A stretch of DNA of 64,000 bases from contig CAVWHO010000016.1 in assembly GCA_963754875.1 (NCBI GenBank), positions 224,001-288,000 on the forward strand, given 5' to 3'. A program made the position numbers and the translations under genes. Below, piece after piece: positions 43,075-54,394 of this stretch. The DNA comes from Nitrospirota bacterium (GTDB lineage: Bacteria > Nitrospirota > UBA9217). Below the pieces are notes generated by a model. That model was not told the DNA's origin, did no database searches, and was given only the letters and a program-made list of their open reading frames with translations. Positions within the stretch are counted from its first letter, which is position 1; each line of letters starts with the position of its first letter.

Positions 43075-43461
43075 TGTATTTTTGTTAAAAAACCGGGGAA
43101 ATGCCCTTTTAAACCTTTCTTTATTGTTTCCAATGTCAATATTATACCATATAATCACACGTTAGGGCTCTAAAGTCAATATTTGATTGCTGAAACAGAA
43201 ATAATCAGCAAATAAATGTGCAAAAAACAGCATTTAAACATCAATATATTGCACTCTTACCGAATTGTTTATGGTTTGATTGGCTGTCGGAATAATTTCA
43301 TCGGGCCTCACTCCAGGCAGACCTTGGTGTCCCCGACACGAAAGCTGCTGAAACGAGGATGCTCCGTGATCGCAGGACGTCCCTTACTTGGCTCGTCCCC
43401 GATGAGGAAGAAGTATTTCTTTCCCGGATTCCCGGAATCTGACTCGATAGGGCAACCTTTT

Positions 43462-44447
43462 TTATATATAGTCTTCCCTTCTAACAATGCCGACAATCTT
43501 CTCTCCCCGCAGAAACCGCATTACATTTTCCATTGCCTGACGCGTACTTTCCTCGTTTATTCCGGGAACGATGGCCGAATTGTGCGGCGAACCGATCACG
43601 TTGGGCAGTGCGAGAAAAGGAAAAGTCGTTTTGAACTCTCCATGGCAGAACGGTTCGATCCACCAAGCGTCGATGCCTGCCTTGAAATCGGGGTGGCCGA
43701 CCAGGTGATGATAGAGTGCATCTTCGTCAATGAGGTGTCCCCGTGCGACATTGATGAGCATGGAGTCGCTCTTCATCCATTCCAGCTCACGCTTTCCGAT
43801 TAAACCACGCGTCGCTTTCGTGAGGGGCATCGATATGACCACCACGTCCGCTTCGGAGAGAACGGTAGCGAAGGTCCTTCAACGTGCCGATGAAGTCCAC
43901 CGGTTCATCGGTCCTGCCGCTCGTATTCAGGGCAAGGATCCGCATTCCGAGACCCGCGCATCAATCGGGCCGCGGCGCGACCGATACCGCCGAAACCGAT
44001 AATAGCGCACGAAAGACCGCGCACCCTGCGATTGAGCGACGCTTGGTTGAAACTCCCCTTGCCGAGGTTCTGATGCTCCCGCACAAGGTTCTTAGACAAG
44101 GCCAGTATCATGGCGAGAATGTGCTCGGCCATGGGTTCGGCATAGGCCCCTACATTGCTGGAGATCGTGATATTCGCGAGGAGTTCCCTATAGGGAACGT
44201 GGTCGGCGCCCGCGGAAAGAAGCTGGACCAGTCTCACGTTGTTCAGCAGGGAGAGTTCGCTCGGCCCTACCTCCTTCGGCAGGTTCCAGGTCAGGAGCAC
44301 TTCTGCAGCGATAAGCGTCTGCTCCCGCAGGCCTGAGGGCATGTCGCTCAGAAAAGAAAGTTTCGCAATATCGCCTGCGATTTTTTTCAGAAGTTCGCGC
44401 CGTTCCTCGTTGACCTTGTAGGTTATCACAATGTTGTGTTTGTCCAT
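43462..44447 (-). CDS. D-isomer-specific 2-hydroxyacid dehydrogenase (frameshifts near 43960 and 43880)
   Basis: SAGADH, IGFGGIG, LINVARG, IDAWW, SPHNS. Confidence 0.88.
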
Positions 44448-44694
44448 TGAGCTCCCCTGCCTGACCTCATACTTAAGTCACTTTTCGCTTTGCATCCCTC
44501 TTTAAAACGTAGCACAGGCCCGCGAGATGTCAACTCGTTGGTATGCAGTATAGTATAATAGGATTATCCACAAGGAGAAGAACTATCTACGCCGCAGGAC
44601 ATTACTCGGGCACTGCCTTCTTAGCGATATTCGCTGAACAGCGGCGGTGTGACGGCTCACTGCGGAGAGTAGATGCTCCCCGAAGGAGGCCATC

Positions 44695-45078
44695 ATGAAT
44701 CGTGTTATCCATTTTGAACTCGGCGTGGACGATCCTGAGCGTGCGATCGGTTTTTACGAGAAAGTTTTCGGATGGAAGGTCGATCAGTGGGGCGGTCCGG
44801 AAAACTACTGGCTCGTGACCACCGGCCAGGACGGAGAGCCCGGCATCAATGGCGGAATGATTACAAACGAGTTCATGCACCGGACGGGCATCGAGCGGGC
44901 TGCGGTGAACACGATCGACGTTGCCTCAATCGACGAGTTCGTTCAGAAGATCGTTCGCGCAGGCGGCAAAATCATCATACCTAAAAACGCGATCCCTGGT
45001 GTCGGCTGGCAGGCTTACTGCGAAGACACGGAAGGCAATGTCTTCGGCATCCACCAGACCGATCCTGGGGCGAAATAG
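44695..45078 (+). CDS. VOC/glyoxalase family protein
   Basis: VIHFEL, FYEKVFGW, DTEGNVFGI. Confidence 0.92.
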   Translation: MNRVIHFELGVDDPERAIGFYEKVFGWKVDQWGGPENYWLVTTGQDGEPGINGGMITNEFMHRTGIERAAVNTIDVASIDEFVQKIVRAGGKIIIPKNAIPGVGWQAYCEDTEGNVFGIHQTDPGAK

Positions 45079-45194
45079 CAATACAGAACGGACTTCTTTT
45101 GTTTGCCAAATTCATTACAAGATGGTTGCTGTCGTCCAAATAAACCCGACGCCTGAAACAAACATGCGGGGATGATGGTTACCGGGAAACCGAG

Positions 45195-46100
45195 ATGCCC
45201 GAACTGCCTGATATTACCCTCTACCTGGAAGCGCTTCAAAACCGGATTCTGCATCAACCGCTCATCCATGCGCGCATATCCCACCCATTTTTGCTGCGCA
45301 CTGTAGAACCACCCCTGTCGATGGCGGAAAATAAAGAGGTGCGGCTGCTTCGACGCATCGGGAAACGCATTGCCATAGGATTTGAAGAGGAGCTGTGGCT
45401 CGTCATTCACCTGATGGTAGCAGGCCGGCTTCATTGGCGAAAACCGGGCGCAGTGCTTCGTGGGAAAGGCTATCTCGCTGCTTTTGACTTTCCCAAGGGC
45501 AGCCTGGTCCTCACCGAGGCTGGGACAAAAAAGCAGGCTTCGCTTCACGTCGTTCAGGGAGAGGAAGCCCTTTGCTCCCTTGATCCCGGCGGAATCGAGG
45601 TTCTTGAATCCGACGCAGCAACGTTTGCCAGAATGCTCACAGGAACAAATCATACGCTGAAACGCGCGTTGACCGACCCTCGGCTGTTCAGCGGCATCGG
45701 CAATGCCTACTCCGACGAGATCCTTTTTCGTGCAGGCCTCTCTCCCGTAGCCTTGACACAGAAGCTCTCACGAGAACAGATCCAGCAGCTTTTTGAAGCG
45801 GCACAGGAGACGCTGACGGAGTGGATCGACAGACTTCGCCGAGAAACCGGCCCTGAGTTCCCGGAAAAGGTCACTGCCTTTCGCAAGGACATGGCGGTCC
45901 ACGGCCGCTACGGCGAGCCCTGCCCTGTCTGCAGCTCACCAATCCAGAGAATTCGTTATGCAACGAACGAGGCCAACTACTGCGCACGGTGCCAGACGAA
46001 CGGAAAATTGCTTGCTGACCGTGGGCTTTCGCGGCTGCTCAAGACAGACTGGCCAAGGACACTCGATGAGCTCGAGATGCGGCGCAGAACCTCAGGATAA
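45195..46100 (+). CDS. Fpg/Nei family DNA glycosylase
   Basis: [27 protein letters not shown]...CARCQ zinc finger. Confidence 0.92.
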   Translation: MPELPDITLYLEALQNRILHQPLIHARISHPFLLRTVEPPLSMAENKEVRLLRRIGKRIAIGFEEELWLVIHLMVAGRLHWRKPGAVLRGKGYLAAFDFPKGSLVLTEAGTKKQASLHVVQGEEALCSLDPGGIEVLESDAATFARMLTGTNHTLKRALTDPRLFSGIGNAYSDEILFRAGLSPVALTQKLSREQIQQLFEAAQETLTEWIDRLRRETGPEFPEKVTAFRKDMAVHGRYGEPCPVCSSPIQRIRYATNEANYCARCQTNGKLLADRGLSRLLKTDWPRTLDELEMRRRTSG

Positions 46101-46149
46101 AGGTCTTTCTTTCCTTTACATTCATACCTTGATGTGCTAAAAATTCTTC

Positions 46150-48930
46150 ATGAAATCTTCGCTTTGGCCGGCAGGGGTGCTGCTCCTCTTGCTGCTCTTT
46201 TCTTCAGCTTACGCAACCCCCTCCTCCTTCTCCGGCTTGACTATTACCCGGATCGACGTTCAAGACGACCAGGGCCGTCCGTTGCAAAAGCCCGACCAGA
46301 TCATGCAACTGATCAGTCTGAAAGCCGGCGACCCCTATTCGGGCCCCATGATCCGGCAGAGTCTTTCGCTGCTCTATTTGAAGGGAACGTATAAGGACGT
46401 CCGCGTCGAGGCTGTCCCCGACAACAGGGGACTGCGGCTCACGTACGTACTCGTGCCGATCACTATCGTCGAAAAACTCGTGATAAAGGGGAACTCGTCG
46501 GTTTCAACCGATGCGATCAGGGAGGTCGTTCCCCGGATCGAAGGCAAGGAACTGCACGAGGAAAAATTCCCATTGCTCCGGGCCGATATCCTTGCGCTCT
46601 ACCAGGCCGAGGGGCTCTATAATGCCGTCGTGGACTTCCGGGCGGAAGCCCCCAGCGATCCTCACCGCGTTGTCCTGCACATAGACATCCGGGAAGGCGC
46701 ACCCACGCTCATCGCGGCGATCAATTTTACCGGCAATACCATCCTCCGCGACAAAAATCTCCTTGCCGTCATGAAAAGCAGTGTTGGCGACAGGCTCAGG
46801 CGTGACCAGCTGCTCGATAAGGACATGGAGGCGATCCTCAAAAAGTATTCCGAAGCCGGTCATCCTACTGCCAAATCTGGTCCGGTTGATATCAGTTTCC
46901 GCGATCAGAGAGCGTATGTCCGTATTTCCGTGTCCGAGGGACCACGCGTGAACGTGCGCTTTTCCGGCAATAGGTCAGTCAGCGCAAGCAAGCTCCGGCA
47001 GTCGCTTCTCATCTGGTCGGAGCACGACGTTTCGAACGACGCGATCGACAGCAGCGCCGACAAGATAAAACGTCTGTATAAGGAACAAGGATATTTCGAT
47101 GTTACCGTGGCCGTCAAAAAGTCCGAGGGGCCCGGCGTCCTCGACCTCGAATTCGTCATTTCCGAGGGACCTCACGTCACGACCGGGAAGATCGATATCC
47201 GGGGCAATACCGCGTTCACGTCCAAGGAGATCAAAGGCCAGTTGGCCCTGCGTGAACCGGCATGGTCGTGGTCGTGGTCCTTCCCCTTTTTTGGGTATTG
47301 GTCCTTTCCCTTCCGTGAGGACTTTTTGGACAAGGATGTCGATAATCTCCGCGACCGGTATCTCGAAGCGGGTTACCTCGCCGCGACAGTCAAGCGAACA
47401 GTGGCGAGGAGCGCCGGCGGCCGCACGGCCGACGTGGTGATCGAGGTCGCCGAAGGGACCAGGACCGTGACCGGGAGCGTGACCTTCGAGGGCAATACGG
47501 TCTTTACCTCAGCGGATCTCCTGAACAAGTTGAACCTCAAGTCCGGCGCGCCCTTCAACGACCGGATCCTCGACGAGGACAAATACCGCATTCTGTCCGC
47601 CTATACGGACAAGGGATATCTCTACGCCCGGGTGGAGGTTGAAAAAATTCCAACAGACAGGAGCATCAATATCCGCTACCGGATCACCGAAGACCGTCCC
47701 GTCACTATCGGTAAAATCATCCTGCGGGGAAACGTGCGTACACGGGACTCCGTCATCATGCGCGAACTGCTCGTAAAACCCGGCGATGTCTACGATTACG
47801 GCGCCATCCTGGCGAGCCAGCAGCGGATCTATCATCTGGGATACTTCAGTCTTGCCAAGTTCGAACCCGTCCATCCCGGTGAAAAAGAATACGCGAAAGA
47901 CATGCTGCTGACCGTGGACGAGCGGCCGGCGGGCGCCGTAGAAGTCGGCGCGGGCTACGGCGACCTGGACAGGCTCCGGGGCTACGTGGAACTCTCGCAC
48001 CGGAACCTCTGGGGGACGGCGCGTTACACCAGTCTGCGGTTCGAAGAGAGCGCCATCCTCAAACGGGCGATCTTCAATTTCCAGGAGCCCTGGCTATTTA
48101 ACCGTGATATGGACGGCAAACTGAGCCTTGTATGGTCCGATTCCGAAAAACTGAACTCCGACACCCGCGAACTCTATTACAAAACGCGCAAGACATCCGC
48201 TTCCTTCGGCGTCGAAAAATCCTACGGGAACCTCAAGCCGTCTCTCACCTACCAGTTCGAAAATGTCGTTAACTATGATGTGCTGCAGGCAGCGCAACTC
48301 ACGCCCGAAGACAGCGGTCGCGTCCTCGTCAGCAGCCTGAGCCCTGCCCTGCTGCTGGACTTGCGTGACGACGTTTTCAATCCTCGTCGGGGCGCGCTCT
48401 ATGGAATCACCTTGAAGGAAGCACTCCGGGAGCTGTGGTCCCAGGCGGACTTCAGCAAACTAACGGTCCAAGGCAGCTGGTTCCTGCCGATCGACACCTC
48501 CGTCATCGCCCTTTCAGCGCGTGCCGGCATGGCATGGCCCTTCCGCGGAACTGCAGAAGTACCGCTCCACGAGCGTTTCTATGTCGGTGGCAGCACGACG
48601 GTCCGAGGCTTTACCCAGGACGCCATCGGTCCCAGCTCAGTGGATGCAAACGGGAACCTGATCCCGCAGGGCGGCCAAAGCATGGCCATCTTCAATATCG
48701 AGCTGCGCCTGAACCCTGGTGAAGGCCTTGGCTTCGTGCTTTTTACCGACGCTGGCAATGTCTGGCCTAAACAGGAGATCGACATCAACGACCTTCGCGC
48801 CTCCTACGGCGTAGGACTCCGCTACGGCACTCCCATCGGCCCCTTGCGGATCGACTACGGCCAGAAAATCCGCCGCCAGCCCGGCGAAAGTCCCGGAGAA
48901 ATCCATTTTAATATTGGAAATACGTTCTAA
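46150..48930 (+). CDS. BamA/Omp85 family outer-membrane protein with extended POTRA region
   Basis: Signal peptide, repeated I-x-F-x-GN POTRA motifs, FYVGGSTTVRGF, TPIGPLRIDYG, terminal IGNTF. Confidence 0.92.
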   Translation: MKSSLWPAGVLLLLLLFSSAYATPSSFSGLTITRIDVQDDQGRPLQKPDQIMQLISLKAGDPYSGPMIRQSLSLLYLKGTYKDVRVEAVPDNRGLRLTYVLVPITIVEKLVIKGNSSVSTDAIREVVPRIEGKELHEEKFPLLRADILALYQAEGLYNAVVDFRAEAPSDPHRVVLHIDIREGAPTLIAAINFTGNTILRDKNLLAVMKSSVGDRLRRDQLLDKDMEAILKKYSEAGHPTAKSGPVDISFRDQRAYVRISVSEGPRVNVRFSGNRSVSASKLRQSLLIWSEHDVSNDAIDSSADKIKRLYKEQGYFDVTVAVKKSEGPGVLDLEFVISEGPHVTTGKIDIRGNTAFTSKEIKGQLALREPAWSWSWSFPFFGYWSFPFREDFLDKDVDNLRDRYLEAGYLAATVKRTVARSAGGRTADVVIEVAEGTRTVTGSVTFEGNTVFTSADLLNKLNLKSGAPFNDRILDEDKYRILSAYTDKGYLYARVEVEKIPTDRSINIRYRITEDRPVTIGKIILRGNVRTRDSVIMRELLVKPGDVYDYGAILASQQRIYHLGYFSLAKFEPVHPGEKEYAKDMLLTVDERPAGAVEVGAGYGDLDRLRGYVELSHRNLWGTARYTSLRFEESAILKRAIFNFQEPWLFNRDMDGKLSLVWSDSEKLNSDTRELYYKTRKTSASFGVEKSYGNLKPSLTYQFENVVNYDVLQAAQLTPEDSGRVLVSSLSPALLLDLRDDVFNPRRGALYGITLKEALRELWSQADFSKLTVQGSWFLPIDTSVIALSARAGMAWPFRGTAEVPLHERFYVGGSTTVRGFTQDAIGPSSVDANGNLIPQGGQSMAIFNIELRLNPGEGLGFVLFTDAGNVWPKQEIDINDLRASYGVGLRYGTPIGPLRIDYGQKIRRQPGESPGEIHFNIGNTF

Positions 48931-49133
48931 AAGCCAGTTCAGAGTTCATAGTTCCTGGTTCAGAGAAGAACTGCAATGCAGCAATGATTTTCTCTTCTGC
49001 CTCTCACTATGAACTCTGAACTTTGAACTTTGCATATGTACTCTCTTTAGCGAACGTGGTATTATTTCGAGTATGAACGGGTAGTTTCGGCCGGGTAACT
49101 GCGCCTGACGCAAGCGAAAGGTTTGTTCGAATC

Positions 49134-51065
49134 ATGAAGGTACATAGAAAGATCATAGCCCTCGTCGGATTGGGAATGGTGCTGATCATCGCGATCACGC
49201 TCGTGGCCCTCGATGACATCAGCGGGGCCCTTTCCCTGACTACGCAGGGAGTGGGAGAACTGTTCGCAAAGGATCAGCGGATCGACACAATTGAAAAAGG
49301 CGTTGCCGGCATGTCGCTCGCTGTTCATGACTACAGGGAGACCGGGAACATTCATTTTTGGGACGCCTACAGTGACGCACATTCGCACGTACGGGAGTCA
49401 CTGCGACTTGATGATGAGCTTGAGTTCTCGCCGGCGGAAAAGAAGATCCTTGCACAGCTGGCTGACGATATTCAATCCATGGACAGAGAATCAGAACGGT
49501 TTTTTTCACTGGAGGATCTCCGCGGTAAGGACCGGATTCCGGCAATTGCGCTTGTTCGCAGCATTGACGTCAGTATCGCATCCATAGAGCAGGATATAGA
49601 TAATTACCGTGAGCAGAGCGTCCGGCGGATGGGTGAAATCGTCCTCCTGCTCCGGAGGAACAAGGTACGCGTTAACGATTATTTGCTGCTCATACTTCTT
49701 GCGTCAGGTACGGTGCTCCTTTACTTGGGTATTTATGTCCACCGGAAAATATCCGCTCCCCTGCGGGATCTGTGGAGGGGCGCGACCGAGATCAGCCAGG
49801 GCAATCTTGAATACCGGATGCAGATCCAGAGCACAAGCGACGTCGGACAGTTGGCGGAACGTTTTAATGAGATGGCCCAACAGCTCCGTCGCTCCTATTC
49901 TGAACTGGAGAAAAAGCTGCTCGACCGCACGAACGAACTTGCCGCCATCGACTCCGTCGCTCTCACCCTGAGCCAGTCGGGCAACCTCAGGGGCATGCTT
50001 GCCAAGTCCCTGGGCCAGATCCTGGACAGCCTCGCAGGACTGGACCCGAAAGGCGGCATCTTCCTTACCGATCCGGACGGCGAAACGCTGCGCCTCGTGG
50101 CCTCCCGGGGGCTATCGCAGGACTTCGTCCGGAACGAGGCAACGATCAGGATCGGTGAGTGCCTCTGCGGGGTTGCAGCCCAGACCGGTGAGATCCTGGT
50201 AACGGAGAAAAGTTGCAACGACCCCCGCCACACGCGCTGTCTCGGCAGCGGCGATCATGCCCACATCATTATTCCGATCAAGTCGCGCGGGATCGTGCTC
50301 GGCGTCATTTTCCTGTACCCCGAGAAGCACTTCACGCTGAAGCCATCCGACCTCCAGATGCTGGACACCATCGGCGCACAGCTCGGCCTGGCCGTCGAAA
50401 ACCTGAGGTTCTACGCCGAGGTCAAGGAATCGAGCGAGAAATTCTGGGACCTTTTCGAGAATTCACGCGACATCCTTTTTACCATGGATTCCAAAGGTAC
50501 GCTCACGGCCGTGAACAGGGAGGCGGAAAAGTTCAGCGGATACGCGAAGAGCGACCTCATCGGCATGAGCGTTCTGGATTTCCTAACGCCGGAAGGCGCA
50601 GAAACCGTGAAACGCATGCTGGACGGCGAAGGTCTTACCGCTCGGCGGGTGGTCGAATTTGAAGTGATCAAGCGGGACAACAGCCGCGCATTCATCGAGA
50701 TGAGCGCACGGAGGCTCTCGAAAAAACGGCTGCCTGCCGGGTTCCAGGTTTCGGCCCGCGATATGACCGAACAAAAATTGCTGCGCGAGAAGCTTCTCAC
50801 GGCGGAACGGCTCGGTGCCATCGGCGAGGTTGTGATTACCGTACGGCATGAGATCAACAACCCGCTCACGACGGTCATCGGCAATGTCGAACTGCTGCTT
50901 GAACGCTACGGTGAGAAGGACAACGACCTGAAAACTCGTCTGGAAACCGTGCTGACCAATTCGCTCCGCATCGCAGAGATCGTCCAGAAGCTGCAGGCGA
51001 TCAGGCGGGACAAGGTCGTGGAGTACGTCAAAGGCGTTGCGATGACCGACCTGAAACAGGAGTAA
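49134..51065 (+). CDS. Membrane sensor: HAMP-GAF-PAS-HisKA, no ATPase domain
   Basis: Two TM, HAMP (LAERFNEMA), GAF, PAS, HEINNPL; stops about 70 aa after the His. Confidence 0.85.
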   Translation: MKVHRKIIALVGLGMVLIIAITLVALDDISGALSLTTQGVGELFAKDQRIDTIEKGVAGMSLAVHDYRETGNIHFWDAYSDAHSHVRESLRLDDELEFSPAEKKILAQLADDIQSMDRESERFFSLEDLRGKDRIPAIALVRSIDVSIASIEQDIDNYREQSVRRMGEIVLLLRRNKVRVNDYLLLILLASGTVLLYLGIYVHRKISAPLRDLWRGATEISQGNLEYRMQIQSTSDVGQLAERFNEMAQQLRRSYSELEKKLLDRTNELAAIDSVALTLSQSGNLRGMLAKSLGQILDSLAGLDPKGGIFLTDPDGETLRLVASRGLSQDFVRNEATIRIGECLCGVAAQTGEILVTEKSCNDPRHTRCLGSGDHAHIIIPIKSRGIVLGVIFLYPEKHFTLKPSDLQMLDTIGAQLGLAVENLRFYAEVKESSEKFWDLFENSRDILFTMDSKGTLTAVNREAEKFSGYAKSDLIGMSVLDFLTPEGAETVKRMLDGEGLTARRVVEFEVIKRDNSRAFIEMSARRLSKKRLPAGFQVSARDMTEQKLLREKLLTAERLGAIGEVVITVRHEINNPLTTVIGNVELLLERYGEKDNDLKTRLETVLTNSLRIAEIVQKLQAIRRDKVVEYVKGVAMTDLKQE

Positions 51066-51076
51066 GGCGGGGGAGT

Positions 51077-51775
51077 ATGAGATTGCCAGCCCACAATTTA
51101 CACTTGCACGGTACTCGCGTTTTCTTTTTCTTGAAATCCGTTCGCACCGGCTTGTTCATTGCCGTATTTGTCCACTTTCTTTTCTTCGCACCCTCACGGG
51201 GAGAGGCGGAGCTCGTAGACCATGTTGTTGCCGCTGTCAATAACGAGGTTATCACGGCGAGCGAGCTCTCCCAGGTCGTCGCATTGAACGAGCAACTCGG
51301 CTCCGGCGGCGAGGACCGCTCTGCCCTGCGAACACAAACGCTCAATGGCCTGATCACCCGTCAGCTGCTCGTCCAGGAGGCCCGGAGGCTTCGCTTCGTC
51401 GAGGTCTCGGATCAGGAGATCAATGCAGAAATCGACAAGCTTAAAAAACGATTTCCTTCCGGCGCGGCCTTCGACGCTTTTTTAAAAACGCAGGACATGA
51501 CCGAACAGGAGCTCTCCCGCATGCTGGGCGAGCGGCTCCTTGTCGAGCGGTTCGTGGAGAAGAAAGTGGGCCTCTTCGTACGTGTAAGTCGCGACGAGGC
51601 ACAGGACTATTTCGACACGCATTCCGAGCAGTTTAAAGACAGGCGTTTTCAGGATGTCCAGAAGTCCATTACTGCATTTCTCATGGACCAGAAGATCGGC
51701 CAACAGCTCGAACAGTATGTGTCCGAACTGCGCGCTAAAGCAGATATCCGGATCAACCCGTCGGGGCCGAGATAA
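51077..51775 (+). CDS. SurA N-terminal domain protein (start uncertain)
   Basis: VDHVVAAVNNEVITASEL, LLVQEARR, LRAKADIRI. Confidence 0.85.
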   Translation: MRLPAHNLHLHGTRVFFFLKSVRTGLFIAVFVHFLFFAPSRGEAELVDHVVAAVNNEVITASELSQVVALNEQLGSGGEDRSALRTQTLNGLITRQLLVQEARRLRFVEVSDQEINAEIDKLKKRFPSGAAFDAFLKTQDMTEQELSRMLGERLLVERFVEKKVGLFVRVSRDEAQDYFDTHSEQFKDRRFQDVQKSITAFLMDQKIGQQLEQYVSELRAKADIRINPSGPR

Positions 51776-51912
51776 AAGGAGAAGCAGATAACCTGATAAA
51801 CACGGGAAGAGAAAAACAAGTATTCAGGAAGCACCACCTGCAAATTACCATCTCGCTTCTTACACCGCGGTGAAAGATTTTGACACTACGTTCGGAAGAA
51901 CAGGGAGGCTCT

Positions 51913-52857
51913 ATGAATAAAACGCTCGTACTGCTGTCCGCCCTTGTACTCCTCTTTGGCTCAGGAGGTTGTACGCTGCTGAAAGTTTCCGTCGGCGAAG
52001 AAGTGCAACCCTTCACCGAAAAAGTGATCGCCGGCGAGGGTCGGGATAAAATTCTGCTTCTCGACATCTCAGGCGTCATTTCTTCCAGCACTGAGGGCGG
52101 CTCGTTCTTCGGCGGGAAAAAAGAACCTGGCCTGCTGGCTCAGGTGCGGGAACAATTGGACCGGGCGCGGTCCGACCGGGCGGTCAAGGCGCTGCTGCTC
52201 CGCATCAACAGCCCGGGCGGCGGGGTGACGGCATCCGACGTGCTCTATCATGAGCTGGTAAAATTTAAACACGAGACAGGCGTTAAGGTCCTGGCCCACA
52301 TCATGGACATAGGGACCTCGGGGGCCTACTATACGGCCCTCGCAGCGGACCGGATCACGGCCCAGCCAACGAGCGTGACCGGCAGCATCGGCGTGATCAT
52401 GTACAGTTTCGATGGCGCGGGCTTGATGCAGAAGATCGGGCTCCAGGCTGTCGAGATTTCCTCGGGAATCCGAAAGGGCATGGGTTCCCCCTTCCGCCCG
52501 CTCGCTCCTGAAGAACGGGCCATTTTCCAAAACGTGATCGACAGTCTCCAAGGACGGTTCGTGAATACCGTTATGGAATCCCGGAAATTGCCGCTGGAAA
52601 CGGTGAAGAAACTTGCTGATGGTCGCATTTACACGAGTCAGGAAGCGCAAGCCGCAGGTCTCATCGACAGCATCGGCTATATCGACGACGCCATCGACCA
52701 GGCCAGGAGCCTGGCGCACCTGGAAAAGGCTTCCGTAGTGACCTACATTCGTCCGGGAGAATACCGCTCTAATCTGTACTCGCTCAATCTCGTCAATATT
52801 GACATGGGAGAGGTCATGGGGCCCGGAGCGCACTTTATGTATCTGTGGTGGCCTTGA
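51913..52857 (+). CDS. sppA: Signal peptide peptidase SppA (36K type)
   Basis: LRINSPGGGV, TSGAYY, TGSIGV, DGRIYT. Confidence 0.93.
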   Translation: MNKTLVLLSALVLLFGSGGCTLLKVSVGEEVQPFTEKVIAGEGRDKILLLDISGVISSSTEGGSFFGGKKEPGLLAQVREQLDRARSDRAVKALLLRINSPGGGVTASDVLYHELVKFKHETGVKVLAHIMDIGTSGAYYTALAADRITAQPTSVTGSIGVIMYSFDGAGLMQKIGLQAVEISSGIRKGMGSPFRPLAPEERAIFQNVIDSLQGRFVNTVMESRKLPLETVKKLADGRIYTSQEAQAAGLIDSIGYIDDAIDQARSLAHLEKASVVTYIRPGEYRSNLYSLNLVNIDMGEVMGPGAHFMYLWWP

Positions 52858-52931
52858 CCGAAATGCGCGATGATGGTTGACAGCAGCGCAGTTGCTATGC
52901 TATCGTAGCACTGTTCAGAGAGGAGGCAACC

Positions 52932-53402
52932 ATGAAAATGAAACCTATTCTGTTGGTGGCTGTGCTCGCACTGTTTGTTTTGATTCCCCTGCTGGGACTG
53001 GCGGAAGAGGAGCTCTTCGATACCAAAGCGGCATCGCAGCATCTCGACCAGGGTGTCGCCTATTTAAAGGCCAAAAATTTTGATGCTGCCATCAGCGAAT
53101 TTGAGACCTCCGCGGGTATTAATCCCGATGCCGAAGCCTACTACTACCTTGGCTATGCCTATTATCTCAAGGGCAGGACCGGCGATGAAGAAAGCAGGAA
53201 CAAGTCCCGGGAAAATTTCGAGCGGGCCTATGAGATAGACCCGAACTTCTCACCGTCGCGGTTCAAGCCTACGGAGCAGGTCCCTGCCCACGTGAAGGAA
53301 CCGGAAGAACCCGCGCCACCCGCATCAGAGGCAACGCCGACACTGCCCGGCCCGGCCCCGGAACAGCAACAGCCCGCGCAGCCCGCAGACCAGGCGAAAT
53401 AA
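52932..53402 (+). CDS. Secreted TPR protein with Pro-rich tail
   Basis: Signal peptide; AEAYYYLGYAYY TPR. Confidence 0.85.
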   Translation: MKMKPILLVAVLALFVLIPLLGLAEEELFDTKAASQHLDQGVAYLKAKNFDAAISEFETSAGINPDAEAYYYLGYAYYLKGRTGDEESRNKSRENFERAYEIDPNFSPSRFKPTEQVPAHVKEPEEPAPPASEATPTLPGPAPEQQQPAQPADQAK

Positions 53403-53463
53403 GGGTCCCTCAACACCTCGCCTGCCCCCTGAAGTAGCCCGCTCCGCAAAGGCAATAAGAAAT

Positions 53464-53494
53464 AAAAAACCCCGGTTGCGTTTCACAATCGGGG
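53464..53494 (-). terminator. Probable intrinsic terminator after the cold-shock gene
   Basis: CCCCG...CGGGG stem with U-tract on the minus strand. Confidence 0.55.
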
Positions 53495-53523
53495 CCGATT
53501 ATAGATTGCGGAGACTGTAGTGA

Positions 53524-53724
53524 TTACAGTTTCACGACGTTGGTCGCCTGGGGACCTTTCGGTCCCGCGCTCACTTCGAATTCAACGTCCTGATCCGGCT
53601 GCAGGGACTTGAACCCTTCGCCTTGAATGGCTGAAAAATGCACGAAAACATCTGTGCCGGTATCCTGGGTAATGAAGCCATAGCCTTTGGCGTCATTGAA
53701 CCACTTTACTTTACCTTTCACCAA
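53524..53724 (-). CDS. Cold-shock protein
   Basis: [27 protein letters not shown] start with AGGAGG RBS. Confidence 0.96.
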   Translation of the reverse strand: MVKGKVKWFNDAKGYGFITQDTGTDVFVHFSAIQGEGFKSLQPDQDVEFEVSAGPKGPQATNVVKL

Positions 53725-54052
53725 GCAAATTCCCTCCTTTTCTGCAAAATCCGAGGACGATGCCCTGTCCTGGGCCCGATCAGTGCTGCTTAGACAGCCG
53801 CATCACCGCTCAAACACGTTAACACTATCAAAAAGTTTTTTTTGTGTCAAGCGTTTTCAGATCGGGACAAACGGGCATGACAAGTAAAAATAGGTTCGAT
53901 GCCGGGAGGAGCCCCACACCCTCGGCCGGCGCTGCTGCTGCCGGCACGAACCGCGGACTCCGTCATCATGCTCTTTCCGCCCCCCGATGAGGGAATCGTA
54001 TCAGCCACGTGCCGATTTCGATCATCGCGATCAAATAAGCACGAGGGCAATC

Positions 54053-54331
54053 TTACCAAGCAGTCAGTTCTTCCAGCTCGGTAAGCAACTGCAGAGCTTC
54101 CGCCCTGTTTTTCCCGCACATATCCGATGTCTGGTAGGAACCACACACCGCCGGCCGGTCCGGCGTGCCGTAAATCGCGCAGAGGTTGTTCTGCGTCAAT
54201 TGTATGCACCGGACTCCTGCGGGTTTTCCACCGGGCATGCCCGGAACGTTCGACGACAGAGAGGGCGCAATACAACAGGCGCCGCATCCGGCGCGGCAGA
54301 TAAATCTTTGTGCATCGGGGTTTGTATTCAT
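54053..54331 (-). CDS. YkgJ family cysteine-cluster protein
   Basis: CRAGCGACCIAPS, CIQL, CAIY, RPAVC. Confidence 0.88.
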   Translation of the reverse strand: MNTNPDAQRFICRAGCGACCIAPSLSSNVPGMPGGKPAGVRCIQLTQNNLCAIYGTPDRPAVCGSYQTSDMCGKNRAEALQLLTELEELTAW

Positions 54332-54394
54332 GAAAAAAAACGGTCTTCGCCTGCGGCCGAGTTCCAGGACCACCCCTGCATCAAAATGAAATAA

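Noticed and set aside
43308..43496. 62-aa ORF downstream of the hydroxyacid dehydrogenase
   Set aside because: Overlaps the upstream gene end, no clear RBS or motif.
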